Origin: Polyangiaceae bacterium
GTDB lineage: Bacteria > Myxococcota_A > Polyangia > Polyangiales > Polyangiaceae
Direction: 5' to 3'
Length of the DNA stretch: 64,000 nt
Assembly: GCA_050287085.1 (NCBI GenBank)
Contig: JBNKBE010000008.1
Coordinates: 169,448 to 233,447, forward strand
Shown: in pieces, positions 7,677 to 18,016 of the stretch
Position numbering within the stretch: the first letter of the stretch is position 1
How the letters are laid out: the number at the start of each line of letters is the position of its first letter
The notes under the pieces: generated by a model
What the model was told of the DNA's origin: nothing
The model's input: the letters and a program-made list of their open reading frames with translations, nothing else
Databases searched by the model: none
Made by a program: the position numbers and the translations under genes

Positions 7677-10600
7677 ATGGATGCCGCAACGCAGCAGATG
7701 CTCGTGCAACGACTTGTCGAAAACCCGCAGGATCAAGCAGCCATTTCCGAGGCCCACGCGGCGGGCCAGGAAGATCCGGAAAGCTACGCCCTGCTGCTCG
7801 AACGCGTGGGGCGAGAGTCACCCGACCCCGCGATGGCGGCCCACTGGTTGAGCGAAGCGGGCAATGTGTGGATCACGACGTTCGAGGATGCGCATCGCGC
7901 CGCGACCGTGTTGATGGAAGCGGTAGAGCGCTGCCCCGAGGCGGACGCCCCCGCCCAGCGCTTGGCGCAGCTGTACACCGAAAACGGGGACGAGCGAGCT
8001 GTTGTGGCCTTGGCGGAGCGCCGTGCTCTGGCGGTGGCGGACTCGGCTGGCCAGGACGAATCCTTGCGCGCGGTGGCGGCCCGCCTCTTGGAGGAGCTGG
8101 GCCAGCAGCGGTGCAGCGGTGCAGAGGCAGACGCGACCAAAGCCGAGGCGGCTTTTGTCCGTGCCCTGGAGCTCAACCCACACAGTCAATTCGCCGCGTA
8201 CACCCTGCGCGAAATGTACAAAGAGCTGGGGCGCTACGAGGAGGCGCTCGGGCTCTACGCTGTAGAGCTCGACGGTGAGGTGACGGACGAACGGCGCCTG
8301 GCGCTGCTCCAAGATCAGTCGGAGGTCGCGCGTCTGAGCCAGCGTTTGGATGTGACGACCACCGCCTTGAGGACAGCGTTGTCGTATCAGCCCGCCGACC
8401 CTCTCCTGCGTCAGCAGCTCGCGACGGCCATTCTCGAGCGGCGCCGAGGGGGCGAGGCCTTGACCGGCGGGGAGCCCGAGGAAGCGGCCCAGCTCTTTGT
8501 GGGCTTGGCTGAGGAGTTCCCAGGAGAACACGGCTTTCTCTATGCCCTCTGCGCCATGGAACTTGCACCCGGCGACGATCGGGCCTGCCAACTGGCGCTC
8601 CATTATGGGGGCTCACTCGGGCGCATTCCGGAAGCCCTGCCGCTCGTTGAGCAGTATCTCCGCGCCAATCCCGCCGGAGCGGTCGCTGCGGAGGCCCGTG
8701 CGGCGATGGGGGAGCCGGAACCGAAGGCCGCTGCAGGCGTTTCGGAAGGGCAGCGGGTGGAGCCCGAGGTGGAGTCGCCGCACGCGTCGACTGCGATCGA
8801 AACGACCAGCAATAACCGCGTGGTCCCCGAAGCGGCCGAAGCGGCCGAAGAAGACGCTCTGGCGGAATTGCTCGAGGCTGCGGCAGAATACGCCGGCAAG
8901 AATCGCAAGAATCAGGCGATTGCAGCCTACAAGAAGGCACTGTCGTTGAGTCCAGCGAGCGAGGAGGCCATTGCGTACCTGCTTCAGGCGTTGCCTCCCA
9001 AGCGCAAGTATTCTGAGCTGCGCGACTTGCTGCTAGCGGCCGTGGATGCGCCAGACGTCTCCCCCGCCCAGCAGCTCGGCTGGCTGGCTGAGATAGCTGG
9101 CCTCTGTGAACGCCAGCTCCGCGACTACGGTACGGCTGCCGACGCGTGGCGACGGATTGGAGAGTTGGATCCGGACAACGCCGAAGCCTCCGAGCAATAC
9201 GTGCGCTTGCTCGACAAGGCGCGCCGTTGGGATGAGCTAGCCGCATTGCTCACGCGCCAGGCAGCGGAAGAGGACGACCTCGAAGTGCGCATAGCGCTCG
9301 AGCGCAATCTCGCCAAACTGCATGCGGACAAGCGCAAGGATCTGGTTTCTGCGGGTGAAGCCTGGGGGCGTATCGCCGAGTTGACCCCGGGAGACGAAGC
9401 CGCGCTGCTGGAGGCCGTGCGCCTATTCGAACGCGCCGAGGCGTTGCCTCGCGTCATCGACATCATCGCGCGCGGCGTGGGCGCCTTGGATGACCCCGAA
9501 GCGCAGCGCGAGATGTACATCAAACTCGGGACCCTCCGGGCTCAGTCCGGCGACGTCGTAGGGGCCGCAGATGCCCTGGCGGAAGGGGCCGGAAAGCTGG
9601 AGGACGGTGCGATGTGGGCGCAGGCGCAGGAGTATTATGCGAGCGCCGGTCAGTGGTCGGAGGCGGCCAATATGGCTCAACGACGGCAGGACATCGCGAG
9701 CTCGCCGGCGGAAAGGGCTGCGCTTGCGGCGGTGACCGCCGAGTATTTGTTCAACGGCGGCGAGGATGAGACGGCGTTTGCTCGGCTCGAGGAGGCTGTT
9801 GATTGGGCTCCCGCCCAAGACGAATACGCCAGCGAGCTGGAGCGCAGGTTGGACGCCGCCGGGCGCACGTCGGACGTGGCGGCGTTGCTGCTTGGCCGGG
9901 CAAAAAAGCTGGAACAGGCGGAGCTCCGCATCGGCTTGCGCAATCGCGCTGCGCGCCTTCTGGGTCACTCTTTGGGTGATCTGGACGCCGCCCGCGACGC
10001 GTACGCTCTTGCCCTCGAGGACGGAGAGGATCCGGAGGCACTGCGTTGGTTGGCCGATGATTCGGAGCGCCTGACGGACTATGCCGGGACGGTCGAATAC
10101 CTCGCGCGCCTTGCGGCGGCGGTCACGGACGCGGATGAAAAGCTTCAGGTGCTACACCGCGAAGCGGAGCTCGTGCGCACTCAACTGGGCGATCCGGACG
10201 GAGCGATCGAACGTCTTGAGGCTGTGCTGGCGGGGGTTGACAGCAAGGACGAGCAGGCTTTCCGCAAGTTGGCCGCGATCGAGGAAGAGCGGGAGGGCTT
10301 CGAGGCGGCCGCCCGCGTGCTGGAGCGCTGGGCTCAAAGCGCGGACGAACGAGAGGTCCGCCTCGAGGTGTGGGGTCGCCTTGCCGACCTCTATGAGCGA
10401 CGACTCGATTCGAGCGCTGATGCCACTCGAGTGCTGCAACGGATCCACGAGGCCGATCCGGATGACCTGGATGCGACGGAACGACTCTGCTCGCTGGCGC
10501 GCCGGAGCGAGAAGTGGGAGCTGGTTGCGTCGTTGATGGAGGAGTTGATCGCGGTCGAAGGTGATGAAGAAGAGATCAGCGTGATGACGCGGGAGCTCGC

Positions 10601-12461
10601 GGCCATTCTGAGCGATCGCCTGAGTCGCGCCTCCGACGCGCTGGAGACGCTGGGCCGCGTTGCCGATGGCGGAGACGCTCCCTGTCGCGATGCCTTCATA
10701 CAACTCGGAGACAGCATCGGTGAGGAAGCCATCGTGGCGCGTCGGATCGTGTTTTGGTGGGACGCTAAGCCGCCGACAGCGGAACGCAAAGAAGCGTTGC
10801 ACGGCGCCTTTGAACGGTTCGTCGACGCGGGCTGCGATGGAGAGGCCGCAATGGTGGCCAAGGACCTAGCGGGCAGCGGAAATGCCACGGCTGAACTGGC
10901 CCCCGCGTTGGAAACGATCGCCGTGAAGCTTCACGACCTGAAGGCGCTTTCTATCGCCCATGCCCTGAAGCTCGCTGAGCTAGACGGCTTGGAGCGTGGT
11001 GACGAGGCGGTTCGACAGGCGGAAGTGCTCGCGACTCTCGACGTGCCAGAAGCCGAGGTGCTGGCGCATGGTGAGGCGGGACTGTCTGCCGTGCAAGCGG
11101 CAGACGCGGAGCCGCTGCTCGCGCGGCTGGCGGAGCTGGCTTCGAGCGACGCAACTCGCGTGGATCTTTATGAGCGCCAGGTGGCTCGCTGCGCGGGCGA
11201 CGAAGAGCGGATGTTTGCCCTATGCCGCGCAGCAGAAGTTGCGACCGAGTTGGACCTTCACGAGCGCGCGGGGGCGTTCTTCGATGTCGCCCTCAAGGCT
11301 GGAGTGAGCCCGGAGGCGGTCGATCGCATCATTGCCGTAGCCCGGCGCGCGGACGAAAAGAACGGCGACAAGGCGCTGCGCTTGGTGTTGGCGGAGGCGC
11401 TTGCGGGCGGAGGACAAGGGGCCCGCGATGGCGGCCGGACTCGCAGTTACCTTCTGCGCCGAGCCGCGGTGCTGGCGCACGACGAACTCGACGACCGTCA
11501 AAAGTCGGAACAGTGGATGGCGGACGCTTTGGTTACCTACGTCGAGATCGAGGGGCTCGATACCTTGCTGAACCTCGCGGCTCAGGACGACGATTTCAAG
11601 CGGGCTGAGGCCGTGTTGGAGCGAGCGCTCAGCGAGGTCTTCGACGGACCGATGGTGCGGCTCCTGCTAGCGTGCCGGGCGGAGCTTCGCGAGACTCAGC
11701 TGGGGGACAAGAAGGGTGCAGCTCGCGACTTGAAACGCCTATTGGACCTAGCCCCAGGCGATTCCGACGTAGCGCAGCGCTTGGGTGAACTATACGCAGA
11801 AGTGGGAGACTATCGCGGTATCGTCCAGCTCTACGAAGACCAGATCCTGCGCGGGCGCGACAAGGAGCGGCGGGCGGCGCTTGCGCAGCGAGTCGCCTTG
11901 CTGTGGCAGAACCAGCTCGGTGAGCCCCGAGAAGCAGCCGATGCATGGCGTCGGGTGTTGCGCCTGAGCCCTGGCAATGCGGAAGCGAAGGCTGGCTTGC
12001 AGCACGCCAAGGAGCAGATGCTCGAGCAGCGGCATCGAGAGGTCGAGATCGAAGGGTCGGGACCTTCCGCGACGCTTACGGCCGCGAAAGCGGAGCTTGC
12101 CGGAGCGGACGATGAGGGCCCCCGAGAAGCCTCCGAGGCCGCGCTTTCATCCCTCGTAGAGGGCAGCGAGAACACGCCTGCTGAGGTGGAGGCTGAGGCT
12201 GCAGCCGGCGGCGAGCCTTCGGACTCGACGGAGGCGACAACCGTCGGGGTGTTCAATGGGGTAGCCGAGCCCGCCGTTGTGATCTCGAACGAAGGAAGTA
12301 CTTCCTCGGTAGAATTGACCGAAATGGAGGTCTACCTTGAGACGGTCGAGGGCGAGGAGCCCGCGCCCTCTTCGAGCTTGCCGTCCTCGCGGAGGCGGAC
12401 GGGGCGCTCTGTGCCTCCACCTCCTCCCCGTCGTCCGGCGCCATCATCACGCAAGACGTGA
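7677..12461 (+). CDS. Giant TPR-repeat protein, AgmK/GltI-like
   Basis: About 1590 aa of TPR-like repeats (AADAWRRIGELDPDNAEA, AARDLKRLLDLAPGD, AADAWRRVLRLSPGNAEA) with an acidic/Pro tail; resembles myxobacterial gliding TPR scaffolds. Confidence 0.75.
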   Translation: MDAATQQMLVQRLVENPQDQAAISEAHAAGQEDPESYALLLERVGRESPDPAMAAHWLSEAGNVWITTFEDAHRAATVLMEAVERCPEADAPAQRLAQLYTENGDERAVVALAERRALAVADSAGQDESLRAVAARLLEELGQQRCSGAEADATKAEAAFVRALELNPHSQFAAYTLREMYKELGRYEEALGLYAVELDGEVTDERRLALLQDQSEVARLSQRLDVTTTALRTALSYQPADPLLRQQLATAILERRRGGEALTGGEPEEAAQLFVGLAEEFPGEHGFLYALCAMELAPGDDRACQLALHYGGSLGRIPEALPLVEQYLRANPAGAVAAEARAAMGEPEPKAAAGVSEGQRVEPEVESPHASTAIETTSNNRVVPEAAEAAEEDALAELLEAAAEYAGKNRKNQAIAAYKKALSLSPASEEAIAYLLQALPPKRKYSELRDLLLAAVDAPDVSPAQQLGWLAEIAGLCERQLRDYGTAADAWRRIGELDPDNAEASEQYVRLLDKARRWDELAALLTRQAAEEDDLEVRIALERNLAKLHADKRKDLVSAGEAWGRIAELTPGDEAALLEAVRLFERAEALPRVIDIIARGVGALDDPEAQREMYIKLGTLRAQSGDVVGAADALAEGAGKLEDGAMWAQAQEYYASAGQWSEAANMAQRRQDIASSPAERAALAAVTAEYLFNGGEDETAFARLEEAVDWAPAQDEYASELERRLDAAGRTSDVAALLLGRAKKLEQAELRIGLRNRAARLLGHSLGDLDAARDAYALALEDGEDPEALRWLADDSERLTDYAGTVEYLARLAAAVTDADEKLQVLHREAELVRTQLGDPDGAIERLEAVLAGVDSKDEQAFRKLAAIEEEREGFEAAARVLERWAQSADEREVRLEVWGRLADLYERRLDSSADATRVLQRIHEADPDDLDATERLCSLARRSEKWELVASLMEELIAVEGDEEEISVMTRELAAILSDRLSRASDALETLGRVADGGDAPCRDAFIQLGDSIGEEAIVARRIVFWWDAKPPTAERKEALHGAFERFVDAGCDGEAAMVAKDLAGSGNATAELAPALETIAVKLHDLKALSIAHALKLAELDGLERGDEAVRQAEVLATLDVPEAEVLAHGEAGLSAVQAADAEPLLARLAELASSDATRVDLYERQVARCAGDEERMFALCRAAEVATELDLHERAGAFFDVALKAGVSPEAVDRIIAVARRADEKNGDKALRLVLAEALAGGGQGARDGGRTRSYLLRRAAVLAHDELDDRQKSEQWMADALVTYVEIEGLDTLLNLAAQDDDFKRAEAVLERALSEVFDGPMVRLLLACRAELRETQLGDKKGAARDLKRLLDLAPGDSDVAQRLGELYAEVGDYRGIVQLYEDQILRGRDKERRAALAQRVALLWQNQLGEPREAADAWRRVLRLSPGNAEAKAGLQHAKEQMLEQRHREVEIEGSGPSATLTAAKAELAGADDEGPREASEAALSSLVEGSENTPAEVEAEAAAGGEPSDSTEATTVGVFNGVAEPAVVISNEGSTSSVELTEMEVYLETVEGEEPAPSSSLPSSRRRTGRSVPPPPPRRPAPSSRKT

Positions 12462-12470
12462 GGGGCAGGC

Positions 12471-13400
12471 TCACAGGCAGCCAGCGACTTGGCCGGGTCC
12501 TGGGGGGCTTGGGACCCCCAATGTGAGCTGGGCGCCTGAGATGGCCGCCCAAGTTCCGAAGGCGAGGGGCTGGTTCTCGGGGCCGTGTCCCGCTGGCAAG
12601 CCGGCGAGACACGGCACTCGCAAGCGGCGCGCGAGCGCCGCAAATAGCGCATGCACTTCGTCGCGTTGGCAGGGCCCTGTGAAGTCACCGAGCACGAGGC
12701 CCGATACCGCGTCGAGCGAGCCTGCCGCCTCGAGCTGGCGCAAGGCTCGATGGAGGCGGAACGTGGGCTCCGCAACGTCTTCAAGAAATAAGATACTCCC
12801 CGGGGGCAGCCTGAAGCGCTTCTCAGAAAGCGCGGCGACGAGAACGGTGAGATTCCCGCCTGCGAGCGGTCCGCAGGCCACCCCAGGGCGAAGCACCCCT
12901 AGGCTATGAACCTCCGGCTCATAGGGGTTGAGCACTCGCCCAAGCCAACTCCTTCGCCGCTTCGGATCGGCGGGGCCGAGGCCCGTGACGTTATCGGCGT
13001 GGAGGCTCGGCAAGCCAGCCGTCTGCCACAGCAGATGCAAGGCGGTGATGTCGGAGTAGCCGATGAGCCATTTGGGGAAGCGTTGTAGCCCCCCGACATC
13101 GGCGGGGCCTAGCAGATCGGTGGCGCCTGCGCCGCCTCGTGCCGCGACCAGGGCCTTCGCCTGCGGGCAGCGAAGTGCGGTGTTCAGCTCTTGCAGGCGC
13201 GCCTGGCGATCCCCCGCGAGGAATGCTTGGCGCTGCCCCTGGGGCAGGGGGGGTAGGATGCGAAAGAAGGTGCCGAGAAAGTCCAGTCCGCGAAAGTAGC
13301 GCAGCCGGTCGAAGGCGCTGCTCGGAGCGATGATGCGGATCGCGTCGCCGCGCGCCAGGGCCGGCAGAGGCGCGAGCCAGGGATGTGAGGTGGTGGGCAC
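12471..13400 (-). CDS. ldcA: LD-carboxypeptidase, peptidase S66 (LdcA/MccF family)
   Basis: IIAPSS, ARGGAG, GYSDITALH (Ser), GGNL, LFLEDVAE (Glu), AGHG (His). Confidence 0.92.
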   Translation of the reverse strand: MPTTSHPWLAPLPALARGDAIRIIAPSSAFDRLRYFRGLDFLGTFFRILPPLPQGQRQAFLAGDRQARLQELNTALRCPQAKALVAARGGAGATDLLGPADVGGLQRFPKWLIGYSDITALHLLWQTAGLPSLHADNVTGLGPADPKRRRSWLGRVLNPYEPEVHSLGVLRPGVACGPLAGGNLTVLVAALSEKRFRLPPGSILFLEDVAEPTFRLHRALRQLEAAGSLDAVSGLVLGDFTGPCQRDEVHALFAALARRLRVPCLAGLPAGHGPENQPLAFGTWAAISGAQLTLGVPSPPGPGQVAGCL

Positions 13401-13475
13401 GGCGCGCTGAGGCTTGAGAGGGTGGGCGGCAACTCGTTGCTATCGTTTGGAACGACTGCATGCTACTGCGACAAC

Positions 13476-13835
13476 ATGCACCGGCAAGGGCAGCGTGGGC
13501 GTAGCCGCCTAGATCGACGTCGCGACGCGGGCGATACTGGACCGGGGGCCCGCTCCGGGGGGAAGGGCAAGCCGTCCGGGTTCGGACTGAGGTCGCTCTG
13601 CATCGCCGGGGGGCTGGCGTTCGCCGGCTGTGGGACTCCACCCCAGCGTCCTGATCTGCCGCCCCCGGTGTACGAAACGCGACCGATGCCGGCGTGGGCG
13701 CCCCCCTCACCGGAGCCCGGGCCGCTCGTGGCCGAGCCAGACAATCCTATTGCGCCCTCCCAGATCACCCCGGAGTCCGCGCTGCCGCCCCCCGAGGCGC
13801 CCGATTGCGGCGTGGACGCTGGCGTGAGGGGGTGA
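13476..13835 (+). CDS. Small proline-rich putative lipoprotein
   Basis: Hydrophobic stretch with lipobox FAGC followed by PPPVYETRPMPAW; start uncertain. Confidence 0.5.
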   Translation: MHRQGQRGRSRLDRRRDAGDTGPGARSGGKGKPSGFGLRSLCIAGGLAFAGCGTPPQRPDLPPPVYETRPMPAWAPPSPEPGPLVAEPDNPIAPSQITPESALPPPEAPDCGVDAGVRG

Positions 13836-13872
13836 TTTCCGCTGGACCTTCCGCTAGAGTCCGCGTCCTTTC

Positions 13873-14358
13873 ATGGCTTCCACTTCAAAGAAAGCGATTC
13901 CTCGTCCGCCGCGCAAAGCCGCGACCGCACGCGAATCGCAAGGCCGCTCCGATACGGCCCCCCAGGGTTCCACGCCAACGATGAGCTCAAAAGAGGCGAG
14001 TCGCAAGATCGCCTTGCTGGCAGCGCAAGCCGGGCTCGAGAAGAAGGCGACCGGTGTTGAGATCATCGATGTCTGCGGCAAGGTGGACTACGCGGACTTC
14101 TTGGTATTGATGACCGGCCAAAGCGACCGCAACGTGGCGGCGATAGCGCGCGAAGTCGACGAAGCCTTGGACCGCGCGGGCTTTCGAGCCATGTCGCTCG
14201 AGGGCTTGCCGGCGGCCCAGTGGGTGCTCATCGACTTTGTCGACGTGGTCGTGCACGTGTTCCAACGGGACGTACGCTCTCTCTACGACTTGGACGGGTT
14301 GTGGATGGACGCGGGGCGCGTGCCTGTCCCGAGTGATGAGACGAGCTCGTCGGGCTAG
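13873..14358 (+). CDS. rsfS: Ribosome silencing factor RsfS (Iojap)
   Basis: EKKATGVEIIDV, YADFLVLMTGQSDRNV, WVLIDFVDVVVHVF..R..YDLDGLW. Confidence 0.95.
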   Translation: MASTSKKAIPRPPRKAATARESQGRSDTAPQGSTPTMSSKEASRKIALLAAQAGLEKKATGVEIIDVCGKVDYADFLVLMTGQSDRNVAAIAREVDEALDRAGFRAMSLEGLPAAQWVLIDFVDVVVHVFQRDVRSLYDLDGLWMDAGRVPVPSDETSSSG

Positions 14359-14450
14359 GGCGTGCGCGCGCGAAGGAAGGACTTGGGCACCGTGGTAGCG
14401 GGCGCCAGGGTGCCGTGGGGCGCGCGCTGCGCCCAGAGGCCGGCTGTGCA

Positions 14451-14885
14451 ATGAGCCTGCGCCTGAGGTTGTGTGTCGTCGGACGGCTAAAGAATGGCGG
14501 TCTCCAGCAACTCTGTGACGACTACGAAAAACGGATCCGGCGGCATTGCTCTTTTGAGCAGCTCGAGGCCAAAGACGACGAGCAGCTCCGCCGTTTGATC
14601 CGGGACGAGGACTACAATGTCGCGTTGCAAGTCGGGGGAGGCGCCTACACGAGCCGCGAGTTTGCGGCCCGTTTGGAGCGTTGGGGACAGCAACGGGGCG
14701 GTCGAATAAGCCTATTCATCGGGGCGGCCAACGGCATTCCAGATGACGTAGGAGCGCGTTGTCAGGCAGCGTTGTCATTGTCCCCGATGACGTTGCCACA
14801 TCGGATCGCGCGGCTGCTCTTGTGTGAGCAGCTCTACCGGGCCACGACCCTTTGGCGTGGCGAACCGTATGCGCGTGAAGACTGA
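14451..14885 (+). CDS. rlmH: 23S rRNA pseudouridine1915-N3 methyltransferase RlmH
   Basis: VVGRLK, FIGAANG, LSLSPMTLPHRIARLLLCEQLYRA..GEPY; adjacent to rsfS. Confidence 0.93.
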   Translation: MSLRLRLCVVGRLKNGGLQQLCDDYEKRIRRHCSFEQLEAKDDEQLRRLIRDEDYNVALQVGGGAYTSREFAARLERWGQQRGGRISLFIGAANGIPDDVGARCQAALSLSPMTLPHRIARLLLCEQLYRATTLWRGEPYARED

Positions 14886-14916
14886 GCTCAAGGGTCACGC
14901 GGCGCGCCAAGGGCGC

Positions 14917-15687
14917 CTATCCGAGCAGCGTTTCCTTCTTGCCAAACGCCCACGCGATCCCAATCGATACGACGTAGAGCGCGCACAAGGGGCCGGCGAG
15001 CAGGAATTGGCTCAACATGTCCGGGGGCGTGAGAAGGGCGCCCAACACAAAGGATAGGACCACGAAGTAGCGAGCAAACTTGATCAGATGGCGGTGATTC
15101 ACAATCCCGGCGACACTCAGAAAAAACACCACAACCGGCAGTTCAAATACGACTCCAAACGCGATGATCATCCGCGTGATGAAGCTCACGTATTCACCGA
15201 TCATGATGTTGGGAACGATCTTCAGCCCCTCGATCGGCTCGTTGGTGAAGCTGAGCAGATAGGCAAAAGCGGTGGGGAATGCGAGCGTCATTCCGAAGTA
15301 CACACCCCCGGCGAACAACAGGGTCGAGGCCACCACGAATGGAATGGCGAATCGCTTCTCTTGTGCGTAGAGCCCAGGCGCGATGAAGGCCCACATCTGA
15401 TAGAAAATGATCGGCATCGCTAGCACGAGGCCTCCCAAGAAGCAGAGCTTGAGGTAGGCGATGAACATGCCCGCCGGATCTGGATAATAGATCGCAGGCT
15501 CGACGCTGAAGTGGCGCACCCAGGCTTCTTTGAATGGAGTCGTGAGCCAGGAAAGGAGCTTGCCCTTGAAGAACCAGGCCAGGCCCCCCCCGAGACTGGC
15601 CGCGACGGCCATCTTGAACAAGCGCTGACGCAGCTCTTCCAGATGCTCCCAGAAGGTCATTCCTTCGTCGTTCTCAGCGGAGCTCAT
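14917..15687 (-). CDS. tatC: Twin-arginine translocase subunit TatC
   Basis: MTFWEHLEELRQRL, YQMWAFIAPGLY..EKR, FELP, LTPPD. Confidence 0.97.
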   Translation of the reverse strand: MSSAENDEGMTFWEHLEELRQRLFKMAVAASLGGGLAWFFKGKLLSWLTTPFKEAWVRHFSVEPAIYYPDPAGMFIAYLKLCFLGGLVLAMPIIFYQMWAFIAPGLYAQEKRFAIPFVVASTLLFAGGVYFGMTLAFPTAFAYLLSFTNEPIEGLKIVPNIMIGEYVSFITRMIIAFGVVFELPVVVFFLSVAGIVNHRHLIKFARYFVVLSFVLGALLTPPDMLSQFLLAGPLCALYVVSIGIAWAFGKKETLLG

Positions 15688-16757
15688 GCTTCGGTTCCCT
15701 TGGACTGGGTCTGGGGATTGTCCAGTACATCGATGCTAGATTCAGTCTTGGGGGGGACGCGGAGGTCCGGAGGAAGGGGCAGCGCTCCCCCGGCGCTGTT
15801 CCGGGAGGGGGGCATTCTGGGGGGTGGGGGCGGCACCTGACCACGCGTAGAAGCGGGAGGGCCACTTGGGATCTGCCCTGTTCTCGACGGCGGCGGCGGT
15901 GGCGCTCGCATGGGAGCGGTCACGGACGGCAGCGGAGTTGGCGGCCCCGCTTCAGCATCGACCGCTTCAGCATCAACCGCTTCAGCATCAACCGCTTCAG
16001 CATCAACCGCTTCAGCATCAACCGGCTGCGTCTTGGGGGCGAGGATCAAGGTCTTGGCGACGTCGTCGTCGGATGCAGCGGCGTCTGGGCTTTGCCCCGC
16101 TGACGCATCTGCGAGCAGCGTCGGAGATTCAACGTCTACGACGTCCGTTTCCGCGCTCGCTGGCGCTGGCTGACCGCCGACAGCGGCAGCGTCCGCGCTC
16201 TCGGAGTCCGCGCTCTCGGAGTCCGCGCTCTCAGAGTCCGCGCTCTCGGAGTCCGCGTCAGCGTGGGCTACCTCGGCCTCTGCCGCCTGCTGTGCGGCCT
16301 CTGCCGCCTGCTGTGCGGCCTCTGCTTCCGGATCGGGCCACAGATCGTCGGCCAGGGCGCCGTAGGAGTCACACCCTTCGAGGGGGTATTCGCGCAGGGG
16401 ATCGTCGGCTACGCCATCGTAGGGATCGACCCGCGCCGCCGGCACGGATTGGGTGGACCCAGTCTGTGCGCTCGACGTTGGGGCAGCCTTTGGGGCGCTT
16501 GCCATCGCTCCTACCCGGGAGAGCGCTCCCAGATCGCCTCGAACAATGCCCCGCAATTCGCTCAGGCCACCCGCCAGCCCCTCTTGGCGGAGCACCTCAT
16601 CGATGCCTGACTGCTTTCGCATGTCGTGGGTGATGCGCCGCGCCTTGCCGACCCACTTGCCGAGCGTACCGAGCATCTTGGGCAAGCGACTCGGCCCGAC
16701 GACCATCAGGGAAACAAGTGCCGCAAGCAGCAGTTCGGAGAATGAAATCCCAAACAC
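15684..16757 (-). CDS. tatB: TatB with long low-complexity tail
   Basis: MFGISFSELLL...VGPSRLPKM..TLGKWVGKARR; ATGA overlap with tatC. Confidence 0.9.
   Translation of the reverse strand: MFGISFSELLLAALVSLMVVGPSRLPKMLGTLGKWVGKARRITHDMRKQSGIDEVLRQEGLAGGLSELRGIVRGDLGALSRVGAMASAPKAAPTSSAQTGSTQSVPAARVDPYDGVADDPLREYPLEGCDSYGALADDLWPDPEAEAAQQAAEAAQQAAEAEVAHADADSESADSESADSESADSESADAAAVGGQPAPASAETDVVDVESPTLLADASAGQSPDAAASDDDVAKTLILAPKTQPVDAEAVDAEAVDAEAVDAEAVDAEAGPPTPLPSVTAPMRAPPPPPSRTGQIPSGPPASTRGQVPPPPPRMPPSRNSAGGALPLPPDLRVPPKTESSIDVLDNPQTQSKGTEA
15947..16024. repeat. 15-bp coding tandem repeat x5 (VDAEA) in tatB
   Basis: CCGCTTCAGCATCAA units. Confidence 0.9.
16191..16325. repeat. 15-bp repeat x4.5 (ADSES) and 21-bp repeat x2.4 (AEAAQQA) in tatB
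   Basis: GTCCGCGCTCTCGGA units, then GCCTCTGCCGCCTGCTGTGCG units. Confidence 0.9.
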
Positions 16758-16995
16758 AGCAGCAAGCTACTCTGCCGGCGAAGGGCGGGCAATGCCCTAG
16801 CGGCTGGATCGATGCACGAAGGGTGACCGGTCGGTGTTGCCCTCGCTGCGGGCCGGACCTCAACGACGGGCTTTGCGGCGCTGCTCTTCGACCTCGCGCC
16901 GCACCGCTTTCGCTCCGAGCATATAACCCGTAGCTAAGCCGAGAAGCAGCACTCCAGGGATGTAGATGATGTGCTCGATCGGCATCGTTTCGGTA

Positions 16996-17217
16996 TCAGG
17001 GTTCCGACTTGGCCAAGCTTCTTTCGACCCGCTCGAGCCGAGTGCTGAGGCTGCGCTGCTTGCGCCACGTCGTGGCCACGAAGCCGAACAGAAGTGCCCA
17101 GAAGAGGCAATAGGCTACGCCAAAAAACAGCCCGACATCCGTTGTTTTGGTTCCACCCTCGACCGGGCGAAAAGAGTTGGAGTCCTGGGCGGTGGTCGTT
17201 TCTGATTTTTGCGACAT
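16996..17217 (-). CDS. ccmD: CcmD-like small membrane protein
   Basis: 73 aa with one TM (FFGVAYCLFWALLFGFV) followed by a charged helix; directly downstream of ccmC. Confidence 0.65.
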   Translation of the reverse strand: MSQKSETTTAQDSNSFRPVEGGTKTTDVGLFFGVAYCLFWALLFGFVATTWRKQRSLSTRLERVERSLAKSEP

Positions 17218-17311
17218 AAGCTGAAGGGCGGGTGAGATCTCTGCATGGTGGCGCCGCCCGTGGGCGGCTATCAAGGTGGGGCGAGCAGCCCAAGTGACTC
17301 GGGGCTGGCGC

Positions 17312-18016
17312 TCAGTCGAGCAACCCCTCGCTCAGTGCCAGCTCTTCGACGTGACTCACGCGGGCCCGTGTGAGCGCGAGCCGAGCCCGGGACCATAGGA
17401 GCACGGCCGCAACCAGCGACATCGCGACAAAGCCCATGAGCAGCGCCTGCACCATGGCGGGGTGTTTTAGCCCGTCTCCGCCTTGAGTGATAACAGCCGG
17501 ATGCGTCCCCCCCCATTTCCGCACCGCGTAGTGGACGATCGGCAGATTGACGGTCCCGAGCACACCCAGGGCCGCCGCAAACTTTCGTTCCGCGTGACCG
17601 TCACCGGCAAAATTGCGCAGGATGACAACGGCGCCGTAAAGCAGGAACGTAAGCAATGTCATCGTCAGCCGCGGATCCCACGTCCAGTAGATCCCCCAGG
17701 CCGTCTTGGCCCATAGGGGGCCACTCGTGAGCATCACGAGGCCGAAGAGCGAAGCACACTCGGCCCCCGCTTGACCTAGCGCATCCCGAAGATCGGTGGG
17801 TTTGAGGAGGTACGCAGCGCTGCCTGCCAGGCAGACCGTCCCGCTCAGGTACATCGCGTATGCAGCCGGTACGTGGAAGTAGAAGATCTTCTGCCCGAGC
17901 CCACCGGCACCAAGCTGCGCCACCGGCGTCTGAAAGAAGACGAATGCCAGCTGATACAGGAGCATGCCGGCGGCGGCGGCGAGGAGGGTGTAAAAAGCGA
18001 TGTCTGACTTCTTCAT
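17312..18016 (-). CDS. ccmC: Heme exporter / cytochrome c biogenesis protein CcmC
   Basis: KIFYFHVPAA, WWD motif GPLWAKTAWGIYWTWDPRL, HYAVRKWGGTHP. Confidence 0.93.
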   Translation of the reverse strand: MKKSDIAFYTLLAAAAGMLLYQLAFVFFQTPVAQLGAGGLGQKIFYFHVPAAYAMYLSGTVCLAGSAAYLLKPTDLRDALGQAGAECASLFGLVMLTSGPLWAKTAWGIYWTWDPRLTMTLLTFLLYGAVVILRNFAGDGHAERKFAAALGVLGTVNLPIVHYAVRKWGGTHPAVITQGGDGLKHPAMVQALLMGFVAMSLVAAVLLWSRARLALTRARVSHVEELALSEGLLD

